64,000 bases of DNA from Planctomycetota bacterium (GTDB lineage: Bacteria > Planctomycetota > UBA1135 > UBA2386): NCBI GenBank assembly GCA_046290465.1, contig JBKAGP010000001.1, positions 4,064,001 through 4,128,000 of the forward strand, in the 5' to 3' direction. Each line of letters starts with the position of its first letter. The stretch's first letter is position 1. Both the position numbers and the translations under genes were made by a program. This document shows, piece by piece, positions 1 to 9,271 of this stretch. The notes under the pieces were generated by a model. It had not been told where the DNA came from. It ran no database searches and saw only the letters and a program-made list of their open reading frames with translations.

Positions 1-2
1 CC

Positions 3-866
3 TGCGCGTTCTTCGACGCGCAGGGTCTCGACCTCGAGCTGATCCTCGTCAACGACGGCAGCCGCGATCGCAGCTGGCAGGTGATCGCCGAGAAGGCGCG
101 CCAGGACCGGCGCATCGTCGCGATCGACCTGCTGCGCAACAGTGGCCAGCACACCGCCAACTACTGCGGCTTCCAGCACGCGACCGGCGACTTCGTGGTC
201 ACGATGGACGACGACCTGCAGAACCCACCCGAGGAGATCGCGCACCTGATCGGCAAGGCCGCCGAAGGGCACGACCTGGTGATGGGCCGCTTCCGCCAGA
301 AGCGCCATTCGCTGTTCCGCCGCTGGGGCAGCGACCTGATCCTGACGATCAACCGCCGCATCTTCCACCAGCCAAGGGACCTGGTGGCGAGCAACTTCCG
401 CCTGATCCGGCGCGACGTGGTCGACCGCATCTGCGGCTACCGGACGGCCTTTCCGTACATCACCGGCCTGGCGCTGATGTTCGCGCACAGCCCGGCCAAC
501 GTCGACGTCGAGCACCACCCCCGCGCGGTCGGCCAGAGCAACTACAGCCTGCTGCGCATCGTCACGCTGGTGATGCGCATCCTGTTCAGCTACTCGTCGT
601 TCCCGCTGCGCTTCGTCGCCACCACCGGCGTCGTCGTCGCCGCCGGCAGCTTTGCGCTCGGTTCGTTCTACATCGTCAAGAGCCTGTTCGGTAACGTCGC
701 GGTCGCCGGTTGGACGACGCTCGTGGTGTTGCTGTCGTTCTTCAACGGCGTGACGCTGATGATCCTCGGCATGCTCGGCGAATACGTGATCCGCCTGCTC
801 CAACAAACCTCGACCGACCGCGGCTACCACGTCCGCCAGATCGTGACGCGTGACAGCGACTCCTGA
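3..866 (+). CDS. Glycosyltransferase family 2, ArnC/GtrB-like polyprenol-phosphate glycosyltransferase (5' truncated by window edge)
   Basis: Frame is open from base 3 (ELILVNDGSRD). Contains RNSGQH, the DxD motif TMDDDLQNPP, HHPRxxGxSNY and two C-terminal TM helices. Confidence 0.9.
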   Translation, partial: CAFFDAQGLDLELILVNDGSRDRSWQVIAEKARQDRRIVAIDLLRNSGQHTANYCGFQHATGDFVVTMDDDLQNPPEEIAHLIGKAAEGHDLVMGRFRQKRHSLFRRWGSDLILTINRRIFHQPRDLVASNFRLIRRDVVDRICGYRTAFPYITGLALMFAHSPANVDVEHHPRAVGQSNYSLLRIVTLVMRILFSYSSFPLRFVATTGVVVAAGSFALGSFYIVKSLFGNVAVAGWTTLVVLLSFFNGVTLMILGMLGEYVIRLLQQTSTDRGYHVRQIVTRDSDS

Positions 867-1641
867 GCACTTCTTCGTCGTCGGCGCGCAGCGATCGGGC
901 ACGACCTATCTCCACCGCGCACTCGAGGCGCACCCGGAGATCGAGATGGCGAGCCCGGCGCGGCCGGAGCCCAAGTACTTCCTCGCGCGCGACCATCGCG
1001 AAGGCGACCGCGCGGACTACGAACGGCGGTTCTTCGACGCAGCGTGCCGCGCCAGGGTGCGCGGCGAGAAGTCGACCAGCTACCTCGGATCGGAGCTGGC
1101 TGCGCGGCGCATCCACGCGGCCTACCCCGACGCCCGCATCGTGATGGTGCTGCGCGAGCCGGTCGCGCGCGCGCTGTCCAACCACCGCTTCAGCACCGAG
1201 CACGGCTTCGAAACGCTGCCGGCCTGGGAGGCGTTCGAGCGCGAGGAGGAGCGGCGCGACGCCTACGACGCGTCGGCGGTGTCGGCGTCGCCGTTCGCCT
1301 ACCTGCAGCGCAGTCGCTACATCGACTCGGTGCAGGTCTACGAACGGATCTTCGGCCGGGCGCGGCTGTGCATCCTGCTCTACGAACAGCTGATCGCCAG
1401 CATCGCACCGCTGCAGCGCCTCTACGGCTTCCTCGGCGTCGACCCGACGTTCGCAGCGCCGCGCCGCGGCGAGATCGTCAACGCGACGCCCGAACCGACC
1501 AGCTGGCTGACCGACGAGCAGCGTCGCCTGCTGCAACGACGATTCCGCGTGCCCAACGAGCAGTTGGCGAGCCGCTACGGCCTCGACCTGTCGTGTTGGG
1601 AGACGTCGCGCGACGTCGCCCGACACGCGGACGCCACGTGA
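850..1641 (+). CDS. Sulfotransferase family protein
   Basis: 5'-PSB-like FVVGAQRSGTTYL, EPKYF, GEKSTSY and 3'-PB-like LREPVARALS. Confidence 0.9.
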   Translation: MTATPEHFFVVGAQRSGTTYLHRALEAHPEIEMASPARPEPKYFLARDHREGDRADYERRFFDAACRARVRGEKSTSYLGSELAARRIHAAYPDARIVMVLREPVARALSNHRFSTEHGFETLPAWEAFEREEERRDAYDASAVSASPFAYLQRSRYIDSVQVYERIFGRARLCILLYEQLIASIAPLQRLYGFLGVDPTFAAPRRGEIVNATPEPTSWLTDEQRRLLQRRFRVPNEQLASRYGLDLSCWETSRDVARHADAT

Positions 1642-3194
1642 TGCGCACGGCGGTTGCGATCAGCGTGCTCGCGTTCGCGCTGCTGGCGGCGGGCATGTTC
1701 GTGACGCAGGCATCCAACTGGCACGTCATCGGCGGCTCCGACAACGCGTTCCTGGCCGAGTGCCTCGACAACATCGCCGAACGCGGCCTGCCCTACACGT
1801 CGGTCAACCGGGCGTCGCACCGCTACATCACGTTGCTGCACGACTTCGCCGAGGTCGACGACTTCTCGGAGGCGGTGGCGCCGGCGCCGCCGCACGAGAT
1901 CAACCAGTTCCATCGTCACAGCTACGTGGCGCTGTACCTGCTGGCGCCGTTCACGAAGTGGTTCGATCCGGCGATGGTGCTGACCGCGGCGAAGACGCTG
2001 TCGCTGACCGCGCTGGTCGCGCTCGGCTTCGTGCTGTTGCTGCGCCGCTCCGGCAGGCCGTGGCATGCCCTGGCGTTCGCCGCGCTGGTCGTCGCGCACC
2101 CGTTCTTCATGCACTGCCTGAGCTGGCAGGTCTACGTCGACTTCCTGTTCCTGCCGGCCGGCTTCCTGCTGTGCATCGGCCTGCGAACTCGGCCCGGCTC
2201 CTGGTCGACGCTGCTGCTGGCCCTGCTGTGCTGCCTGGTCTGCGAGAAGTTCATCTTCGTCACCGCGCTGCTGACCGGCACGTTCGCACTGCTGTTCCAC
2301 CGCGGCAGGACCCGCAGGTCGATGGTGTATGCGGCCGGCGGCCTGCTCGTGCTGTTCCTGGTCGTGTCGCGAACGGCGCGGTGGATCGAGCCGGACTACT
2401 CGGTGCGGCCACACTACCAGTATGGAACCTGGCTCGAGATCCTGCTGAGCGCCGGCTCGCTGCGCAACTCGGCCACGCTGCTGTTCGTCAGCTTCGCCGT
2501 CTACGTGCCGCTGCTGCTGCGTGACCGGCGACTGATCGCGCTGCTGCTGGTCGCGCTGCTGCCCAACCTGCTCGGCTCGGTCGGCGGTGCCGAGAAGATC
2601 GGCTGGCCGACGCACTACCACATCACCTACTTCCCGGTGCTCGCCTTTGCGCTCTACGAGGCGCTGGCGCTGCGCGCGCGCGACGGCGGCGCCCGCTCGC
2701 CGGCCGGCATGCTCGCCTTCGGGTCGGGGCTGCTGCTGGCCACCTGCCATCCGCTGGTCGTCGACGTGCGCAACGTGCCCGACGGATGGCAGACCTCGAC
2801 CAGCTCGCAGTGGTTCGTGCTGCAGTGCGCCGAGGTCCAGCAGCGGCACGCGGCGTCCGAGCCGACGCTCGCGCACCTGCGCGCGCTCGCCGAGAAGGTC
2901 CCGGCAGGCTCCAGGCTGTCGGTATCGGCCAACCTCGCGACCACGCTCTATCCGGGCCGCTCGCTCGACTTCTTCCCGATCGGCATCGAGCAGGCCGACC
3001 TGCTGGTGCTGTACGCGACCGACTACCGACGCGACGAGCGAGGCGTGAGCCTGGTGCTGCCGCCGTTCTCGACGGACGAACAGGCGAACCGACGCTTCGC
3101 ACGGTTCGTGCAGGAGCGCAGTTCCGAGCGCTTCGACCTCGACCGGCCCGAGGCCTTCGGACCGTGGCTGCTGTTCTCGCGCCGCACCGACTGA
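1641..3194 (+). CDS. Polytopic membrane protein, GT-C/DUF2079-like
   Basis: ATG overlaps the upstream stop (TGATG). About 10 hydrophobic segments, an N-terminal periplasmic loop with FHRHSY, and a C-terminal soluble domain. Confidence 0.6.
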   Translation: MRTAVAISVLAFALLAAGMFVTQASNWHVIGGSDNAFLAECLDNIAERGLPYTSVNRASHRYITLLHDFAEVDDFSEAVAPAPPHEINQFHRHSYVALYLLAPFTKWFDPAMVLTAAKTLSLTALVALGFVLLLRRSGRPWHALAFAALVVAHPFFMHCLSWQVYVDFLFLPAGFLLCIGLRTRPGSWSTLLLALLCCLVCEKFIFVTALLTGTFALLFHRGRTRRSMVYAAGGLLVLFLVVSRTARWIEPDYSVRPHYQYGTWLEILLSAGSLRNSATLLFVSFAVYVPLLLRDRRLIALLLVALLPNLLGSVGGAEKIGWPTHYHITYFPVLAFALYEALALRARDGGARSPAGMLAFGSGLLLATCHPLVVDVRNVPDGWQTSTSSQWFVLQCAEVQQRHAASEPTLAHLRALAEKVPAGSRLSVSANLATTLYPGRSLDFFPIGIEQADLLVLYATDYRRDERGVSLVLPPFSTDEQANRRFARFVQERSSERFDLDRPEAFGPWLLFSRRTD

Positions 3195-3198
3195 CGCG

Positions 3199-3765
3199 CT
3201 ACTCGATGCGCTCGAACTCGAGGTAGGTCCGCAGCCCCTGCATCACCCGCAGGCCGCCGTGGATCGGCTCGATGCGCCGCACCTCCTGCTTGCCGTCGGC
3301 CGCGAAGTGCAGGTCGCCCTCGCTGTCGGTGAACCAGTCGAGCCGCGCCGTGGTGCGCATGCCGTCCCGCACCTCGCGCCATTCGCGCACCGCCGAGTGC
3401 ACCAGCGGGTGCTGCTCCTCCGGCCCCGACGATGCCAGGTTCAAGAACAGGTGGCGGCCGGTCAGCGCCAGGTAGCCCTTGCTCGGCTTGGCGTCGGGGA
3501 TGCCGTTGATGACGCGCCGCGTCAGCTTGTAGACGCCCTCGTACGGGTGGCGCTTCGGCTTGCCGGGGATTGGCTTCTGGCTGGCCTCGGTGCGGGACGG
3601 TTGCTGCCCGGCTGGCTTCGCGGCCGGCTGTGGCTCCTGCTGGGGGTCCTGCTGGGGGTCCTGCTGCGGAGCCGGCTGGGGGGCCGGCTTCGGGTCCTGC
3701 AACGACACGCCGGCGGTCAGGCAGAGCAACAACAGGGTCGACGTCGTTCGCATGGTGATCCTCAT
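3199..3765 (-). CDS. Exported hypothetical protein with a Pro/Gln-rich linker
   Basis: ATGA coupling with the upstream gene, signal peptide (TLLLLCLTAG), PQQD repeats, then a beta-rich domain. Confidence 0.7.
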   Translation of the reverse strand: MRITMRTTSTLLLLCLTAGVSLQDPKPAPQPAPQQDPQQDPQQEPQPAAKPAGQQPSRTEASQKPIPGKPKRHPYEGVYKLTRRVINGIPDAKPSKGYLALTGRHLFLNLASSGPEEQHPLVHSAVREWREVRDGMRTTARLDWFTDSEGDLHFAADGKQEVRRIEPIHGGLRVMQGLRTYLEFERIE

Positions 3766-4952
3766 CGTTCGAGCACGATCTCGACGCGTTCGTAGGTGCG
3801 CCCGGCCTCGAGGTCGAGCGTGCGCGCCGACAGCCACGGCTTGGCGCGGCGTCGTTTGGGCTGCCACTGCGCGACCAGGCGATCCTGGCCGGGCAGCACG
3901 TTCTGCAGTTCGAAGGCGCCGTCGTCGTCGGTGCGCACGGCGCGCTGCCGGCCGAACCACACCAGCGCACGGGGCATCGGCTCGAGGTTCTCGCCGAGCA
4001 CGCGGCCGCGCACGATCGCCCCGCGCACCACGCGCACCTCGATCTCACCGTCGCGTTCGGTGCGCACGTCGGTCTGTGCCGCGAGCGGCGGCAGGCCGTA
4101 GACCACGATGCGGGCCTCGACGTCCGGCGGGATGTGGTCGAACACGAACGTGCCGTCGTCGGCTGGCCGCGCCTCGACGCCCGGCAGGCCGCGCGCGAGC
4201 AGCAGCAGGTCGGCAGGCTTCAGGTCGACGCCTTGCTCGACGACCACCCGGCCGCGCCGCGGCGGCACCCGCGTCATCGTCAGGATCGCACGTTCGCCAG
4301 CGTGCTCGGACAGCGCCTCGATGCGCTGGTGCACCAGCTCGAAGCCCGGAGCGCGCAACCGCAGGCCGAGCGCATCGAGCTCGCCGTCGAATCCGGACAC
4401 GGTGAAGTGGCCCTGCTCGTCGGTGCGCGTGCGCGCGAGATCGACGCCGTGTTCGCCACCGCCCATCACGACCACCTCGGCGTCGGCGATCGGCAGGTAG
4501 CCGTCGCACCGCCAACCCATGCACCAGTACTGCAGCGGCTCGCCGACGCGCCCGCTGAGCGTCGTCGGGGCGCGCAGCTCGATCGTCGGCGGCTGCTTGC
4601 CGAGCTCCACGTAGGCAAACCCCGCGCCGACGCCTTCGCCCTGGTAGCGCAGCACGCTGCGCTCGGGCACCAGGTCGCTGCCGACCGTCAGCGCGTCGCC
4701 GCCGGTGAGCGTGGTGGTGCCGAGCGGCGGCGGCGGCGACGGCGCGGCGAACGCCATCTGCTCCGGGAAGAACGTCAGCTCCAGCTCGGGCATCGCGGCG
4801 ACGTGCGCGAAGCCGATGGTGACGTGCCGTTCGGCGTAGTAGCGCATCCCGTACCACGCGCCGGCGCAAGCGGCGGCGAGCGCCAGCACGATTGCGAACG
4901 GCCGCCACCGGCGCGGCGGCGGGGTCCTTCGTCGAGGTCGAGGGGTTGCCAC
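3762..4952 (-). CDS. Membrane-anchored carboxypeptidase-regulatory-like domain protein
   Basis: N-terminal TM helix and repeated GRV...P...A.V...RTDxxGxF motifs. GTG start chosen 7 nt after a TATCGT -10. Confidence 0.7.
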   Translation of the reverse strand: MATPRPRRRTPPPRRWRPFAIVLALAAACAGAWYGMRYYAERHVTIGFAHVAAMPELELTFFPEQMAFAAPSPPPPLGTTTLTGGDALTVGSDLVPERSVLRYQGEGVGAGFAYVELGKQPPTIELRAPTTLSGRVGEPLQYWCMGWRCDGYLPIADAEVVVMGGGEHGVDLARTRTDEQGHFTVSGFDGELDALGLRLRAPGFELVHQRIEALSEHAGERAILTMTRVPPRRGRVVVEQGVDLKPADLLLLARGLPGVEARPADDGTFVFDHIPPDVEARIVVYGLPPLAAQTDVRTERDGEIEVRVVRGAIVRGRVLGENLEPMPRALVWFGRQRAVRTDDDGAFELQNVLPGQDRLVAQWQPKRRRAKPWLSARTLDLEAGRTYERVEIVLER

Positions 4953-4981
4953 GGCACAGACGATACCGTTCGCTGCCATCC

Positions 4982-5479
4982 ATGTGGATCTACCTGCTCC
5001 GCCACGGCATCGCCGAAGACCACCGGCCGGATCGACCGGACGAGGACCGCGAGCTCACCGACGAGGGCAGAAAGCGCCTGCAGCGTGCCGGTGGGACCTG
5101 GAAGCAGCTCGTGCACACGCCGGACGTCGTGATGACGAGCCCGCTGAAGCGCGCGCGCCAGACCGCGGACGTGTTCGCCGACGCGATCGGGTTCGACGGC
5201 GACCTGCACGTCGACGCCGGTCTGGTGCCGAGCGCGATGACGACCCAGGCGATGACCCTGCTCGAGGGCGAGATGCTGGCGCAGACCGACAGCGTGGTCG
5301 TGATCGGCCATGAGCCCCACCTCGGCTACCTGCTCGGCATGCTGCTGACCGGCAACCCGGGCCTGTCGATCCCGCTCAAGAAGGGCATGATCGTCGGCGT
5401 GCAGACCGAGACGCCGACCAGCCTGATCGCGAGCCTGCGCTTCGCGATCGGCCAGAAGGCCGCCGCGAAGCTCGGCTAG
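4982..5479 (+). CDS. sixA: Phosphohistidine phosphatase SixA
   Basis: LLRHGIAE, RELTDEG, SPLKRARQTA and VIGHEPHL motifs. Confidence 0.9.
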   Translation: MWIYLLRHGIAEDHRPDRPDEDRELTDEGRKRLQRAGGTWKQLVHTPDVVMTSPLKRARQTADVFADAIGFDGDLHVDAGLVPSAMTTQAMTLLEGEMLAQTDSVVVIGHEPHLGYLLGMLLTGNPGLSIPLKKGMIVGVQTETPTSLIASLRFAIGQKAAAKLG

Positions 5480-5645
5480 TGGGCAAAGCCCCGTCCGCAC
5501 GCGCACACGCCGCTTCCGCGATCACGGTCAGCAGCGCGTCCACTACATGGACGCGCTCCTAGCGGGCAAAGCCCCGCCCGCACGCATACACGCCGCTTCC
5601 GCGATCAGGGTTGGCAGCGCGTCCACTTCATGGACGCGCTCCTAG
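5476..5645. repeat. 83-bp tandem duplication, each unit with a REP-like palindrome
   Basis: Units start at 5476 and 5559 and are bounded by CTAG. Each contains AGCGCGTCCA-N5-TGGACGCGCT. Confidence 0.9.
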
Positions 5646-5674
5646 AGGACTGGTAGCGATCGACGCGCGCGGGA

Positions 5675-8638
5675 TCACCGGCGCACGGGCAGCAGCTTGA
5701 GGCCTTCGATCGGAACCGTGCCGACGTCGACGAAGCCGCAGTCGAACGTGCCGCGCTCGCGACCTTCGTAGCCGATCATCAGCTCGGCGCGGAAGCGGCC
5801 TGCGGTCAGGTCGTCGGTCGAGAAGCTGCCGTCGTCGCCGATGCCATCGCCCCCGGCGCGCCGCTCCTTGCTCGGGTCGGCGGGGTCGATGCGATAGAAG
5901 GTCAGGTAGCGCCAGCGGCCCTTGTCCTCGATCGCCGACAGGTCGACGGTGCCGCGCACCATCAGCTTGGCCTTGAGCTGGATGCGCAGGCCGGTCGCCG
6001 GCGCCGACGAACGCACCTCGAGGTTGTCGACGCGCGCCTCGTAGCGGCCGTCGTCGGTGCCGCCCTCGGCGCGGATCGTCCAGATGCCCTCGGCGACGTC
6101 CTCGAACCGGAACGTGCCGTCGTCGTTGGTCGAGCCGAACTTGCGCGCCCGGCCGTCGCGGCCGTTCTCGCCGAGGTTGGCCTCCGCGCGCAGGAAGATC
6201 TTGCCGGCGGGGCTGCCGTCCGGCAGGTAGACGGTGCCGCTGATCGTCGACGTGTAGATGTCGACGGTCAGTTCGCGCGGCTCTCCCTCCGCGAGTTCGA
6301 CGTTCTCCGAGTAGAGGCTCTGGCCCGGCCCGACGAACAGGCCGCCCTCGCCGCCGATCACCGACACCGTGCCGCGACCGGCCGAGACGATGCCGAGATC
6401 GAAGCGGCCGCGGTCGTCGACCTCGCCGGCGAAGCGGTTGCCGTTGATGCGCGCGACGACCGTGTAGCCGCTGGCGACGCGACCGTTGACGGTCACCGAT
6501 CCGGTCAGGTTGGCGGTCGGACCTTCGAGCGGCTTGTCGCCGACCTCGAGGCGGACCTCGGCGGTCGCGCCCGAGACGACCTCGACGCGCTCGTCCGGCA
6601 CGTTGGAGTCGATGTACATCGCCTGCGCGATCTCGAAGATCGCACCGGGCGAACGCAGCGTGTCGAGCGACTTGACCGCGCCGACCCAGTACTCACCGGG
6701 CTGCAGGTTGCGCACCTCGAACGTGCCGTCGAGGCCGGCCGTGATCATCTGCGGCACGCCTTCGAGCGGTCCGCGCGGGCCGCCGCTGCGGCGCCGCATC
6801 AGCGCGACAGTGAACTTGCCGGGCAGCGGCGCCTTGCCGTTCTCGCTGAGCACGCCGCGCAGCGTGCCGGGCTCGACCAGCGTCAGCACGACTTCCTGGT
6901 CCCGCTCGACCTCTCCGTGCACGACACCCCAGCGCGGGTGCTCGGCGCTGACGCGCAGGCTCGAGGCCTGCACCTGGTCGATCTGCTTGACGCCATTCTC
7001 GTCGGTGCGGCCGCAGTTGACCGGCATCTCGACGACCCGGTCCCCGCGCGCCTCGGCGAAGATCGCGACGTTCTTGATCGGCAGCTGGTCCTGGTTGACG
7101 ACGCGAACGGTGAAGCGGTCGGGCGCCTTCAGCTTGACGACGACCGACGCGTCCTTCTCGCTGAGGTCGAACACCGCCGAACCGTTGGCCTGGCCTTCGA
7201 CCATCGCCAACACCGTGTAGGTGCCCTTGTGCAGGTCGGTGATCTGCCACTGGCCGTCGTCGATGCGCTTCATGCGACCGTCGAGCTGGACCGGCGGGGC
7301 GAACCCGAGCAGGTATCGCTCGGCCGCGCCGTCGCCCTTGCGTCCGCGCAGCAGGCGGAACTCGGCCTGCTCGGCGGGCGAACCGTCGGCCGTCTCGACC
7401 GTGACGGTCGCCGAGTACATCGCCGGCAGCGTGACGATCACGTCGTTGTTGATCGACTGCGGCTCGGCCACGACCCAGGCGTGCTTCGGCGAACGGCGCG
7501 CGGCGACGGTCACCTTGCCGGGAGAGAACCCGGTGCCGTCGATCTCGCCGTCGGCATTGGTCTCGCCGAGCATCTGCGCGAGGTCCAACGGCGCGAACGG
7601 CAGCGTCGAGCCGGCCGCGACCTCGGCGCCCGCGATCGGGTCGCCCTTCTCGTCGAGCACCTTGGCGTAGAGCTCCTCGCCGAGCCGCATGCCGATGCGC
7701 CCGACGTTCTTCTCCTGGCCGGCGCGCACCAGCACGCTGTCCTTGACGTGCGACAGGTAGCTCTTGGCGGTGACCGCAAGCATGTTGCTGCCGGGCATCA
7801 CGCCGACCAGCCGGAAGCTGCCGTCGGCGGCCGAGCGCGTCGTCGGGATCGGGAACTCGTCGAAGATGCGCTTCACCCACGGCGGCATCGGCAGCACGTG
7901 CACCGGCGCGCGCGGTTCGCGGATCAGGATCGCGCCCTCGGGGTCGAAGCGCTCGGCCGGGAAGAACCGCGCCAGCGCGCCAGGGATGTCGGCCGCGCGC
8001 ACCAGCGCTCCCGGCATCGGGTTGCCGTCGGCGTCGAGCACGATGCCGGTGATGACACCGGCGTCGTTGAGCACGACGTCGCCGAGGTCGACGATCTCGC
8101 CGGGCGACGGCGTCTTGGTCAGCACCATGTGCGTCGGCGCGTCGGTGCCGATGCCGGCGAACATCAGGTAGACGCCGCGCGGCCACACGCCGGTGATCTC
8201 GAAGCGGCCGTCGTCGCCGGTCTGCGCCTCGCCGGCGACCAGCTGCGGTTCGAACTCGGGGGCGTCTCCGAACAGATCGCCCTGGATCTGCAGCACCGAG
8301 TCCATCGCGCCGCGATAGATGCGCACGCCAGTGGCCGGCACCGGCGCCTTCTTGTGGTCGACGACGCGGCCGCGGAAGCCACACAGGCCGGCGCGGATGT
8401 CCGGATCGTCGAGCAGCGGGTTACCGCGCGTCGTCACCGCCTCGCGCACGATCGTGTCGCCGGCCGGGTCGACCTCGGCCTTGGCGGCCAGTTGCTCGGC
8501 GTCGACCGGGCCTTCGATCTCGGGCTGGGTGCCGGGCCCCGGCGGCGGGGGTGCGGCCGAGCCGCCGAGCAGCCACCAGAGGCCGCCGGCGATTGCGGCG
8601 AGGAGGAGGATCAGGGCAAAGACGAGCGAACGCTGCAT
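5675..8638 (-). CDS. Large membrane-anchored carboxypeptidase-regulatory-like domain protein (~987 aa)
   Basis: MQRSLVFALILLL TM anchor followed by many GRVVD/GIVLD...GxPxxGA.V beta-sandwich repeats. Confidence 0.8.
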   Translation of the reverse strand: MQRSLVFALILLLAAIAGGLWWLLGGSAAPPPPGPGTQPEIEGPVDAEQLAAKAEVDPAGDTIVREAVTTRGNPLLDDPDIRAGLCGFRGRVVDHKKAPVPATGVRIYRGAMDSVLQIQGDLFGDAPEFEPQLVAGEAQTGDDGRFEITGVWPRGVYLMFAGIGTDAPTHMVLTKTPSPGEIVDLGDVVLNDAGVITGIVLDADGNPMPGALVRAADIPGALARFFPAERFDPEGAILIREPRAPVHVLPMPPWVKRIFDEFPIPTTRSAADGSFRLVGVMPGSNMLAVTAKSYLSHVKDSVLVRAGQEKNVGRIGMRLGEELYAKVLDEKGDPIAGAEVAAGSTLPFAPLDLAQMLGETNADGEIDGTGFSPGKVTVAARRSPKHAWVVAEPQSINNDVIVTLPAMYSATVTVETADGSPAEQAEFRLLRGRKGDGAAERYLLGFAPPVQLDGRMKRIDDGQWQITDLHKGTYTVLAMVEGQANGSAVFDLSEKDASVVVKLKAPDRFTVRVVNQDQLPIKNVAIFAEARGDRVVEMPVNCGRTDENGVKQIDQVQASSLRVSAEHPRWGVVHGEVERDQEVVLTLVEPGTLRGVLSENGKAPLPGKFTVALMRRRSGGPRGPLEGVPQMITAGLDGTFEVRNLQPGEYWVGAVKSLDTLRSPGAIFEIAQAMYIDSNVPDERVEVVSGATAEVRLEVGDKPLEGPTANLTGSVTVNGRVASGYTVVARINGNRFAGEVDDRGRFDLGIVSAGRGTVSVIGGEGGLFVGPGQSLYSENVELAEGEPRELTVDIYTSTISGTVYLPDGSPAGKIFLRAEANLGENGRDGRARKFGSTNDDGTFRFEDVAEGIWTIRAEGGTDDGRYEARVDNLEVRSSAPATGLRIQLKAKLMVRGTVDLSAIEDKGRWRYLTFYRIDPADPSKERRAGGDGIGDDGSFSTDDLTAGRFRAELMIGYEGRERGTFDCGFVDVGTVPIEGLKLLPVRR

Positions 8639-8725
8639 GGCAACTCCGAGGGGGACCTGGCTGCTGTGGCCGAACCGTTCCCGATCCTGCCGCAATTCGT
8701 GGCCCGGTGGGCAGAACGGCGCCGA

Positions 8726-9271
8726 TCAGCCGGGACGGCGAGCCCGCCACATCGCGATGCTGGCCAGCACGATCGCGTGGTCGATCTCGCCGCGCCGGAC
8801 CAGGTCGTCGAGTTCGGCTTCGGGCACCTTGACGACCTCGAGATCCTCACCGAGATCCTGCTGCAGTTCGCCGACGTGGGTGCAGCCGCTGGCCAGGAAC
8901 ACGTGGCAGCGGTTGCTCATCATCGCGGGGTTGGGGTTGTTGTCGCCGAGCGCGATCCACTCGGCAGCCTCGTGGCCGGTCTCCTCGCGCAGCTCGCGCA
9001 CGGCGGCCTGCAGCGGGTCGGTCTCGTGCGGGTCGATCAGGCCGCCGGGCAGTTCGAGGGAGACGCGTTCGCTGCCGTGGCGCCACTGCCGCACGAAGAT
9101 CAGTTCGCCGGCGGCGGTGACCGGCACGATGTTGACCCAGTCGGGCGTGTCGATCAGGAAGAACGGGATCTCGACGCCCGTGCGCGGCGAGCGCTGCCGC
9201 GAGCGGCGCACGGTGAACACGAGGTGGCGCGCGAGGATCTCGTCGCCGAGCTTCTCCCAGGGTCTGGTCAT
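8726..9271 (-). CDS. NUDIX hydrolase (ADP-ribose pyrophosphatase-like)
   Basis: Nudix box GGLIDPHETDPLQAAVRELREETG, plus VRQWRH and NPA motifs. Confidence 0.9.
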   Translation of the reverse strand: MTRPWEKLGDEILARHLVFTVRRSRQRSPRTGVEIPFFLIDTPDWVNIVPVTAAGELIFVRQWRHGSERVSLELPGGLIDPHETDPLQAAVRELREETGHEAAEWIALGDNNPNPAMMSNRCHVFLASGCTHVGELQQDLGEDLEVVKVPEAELDDLVRRGEIDHAIVLASIAMWRARRPG

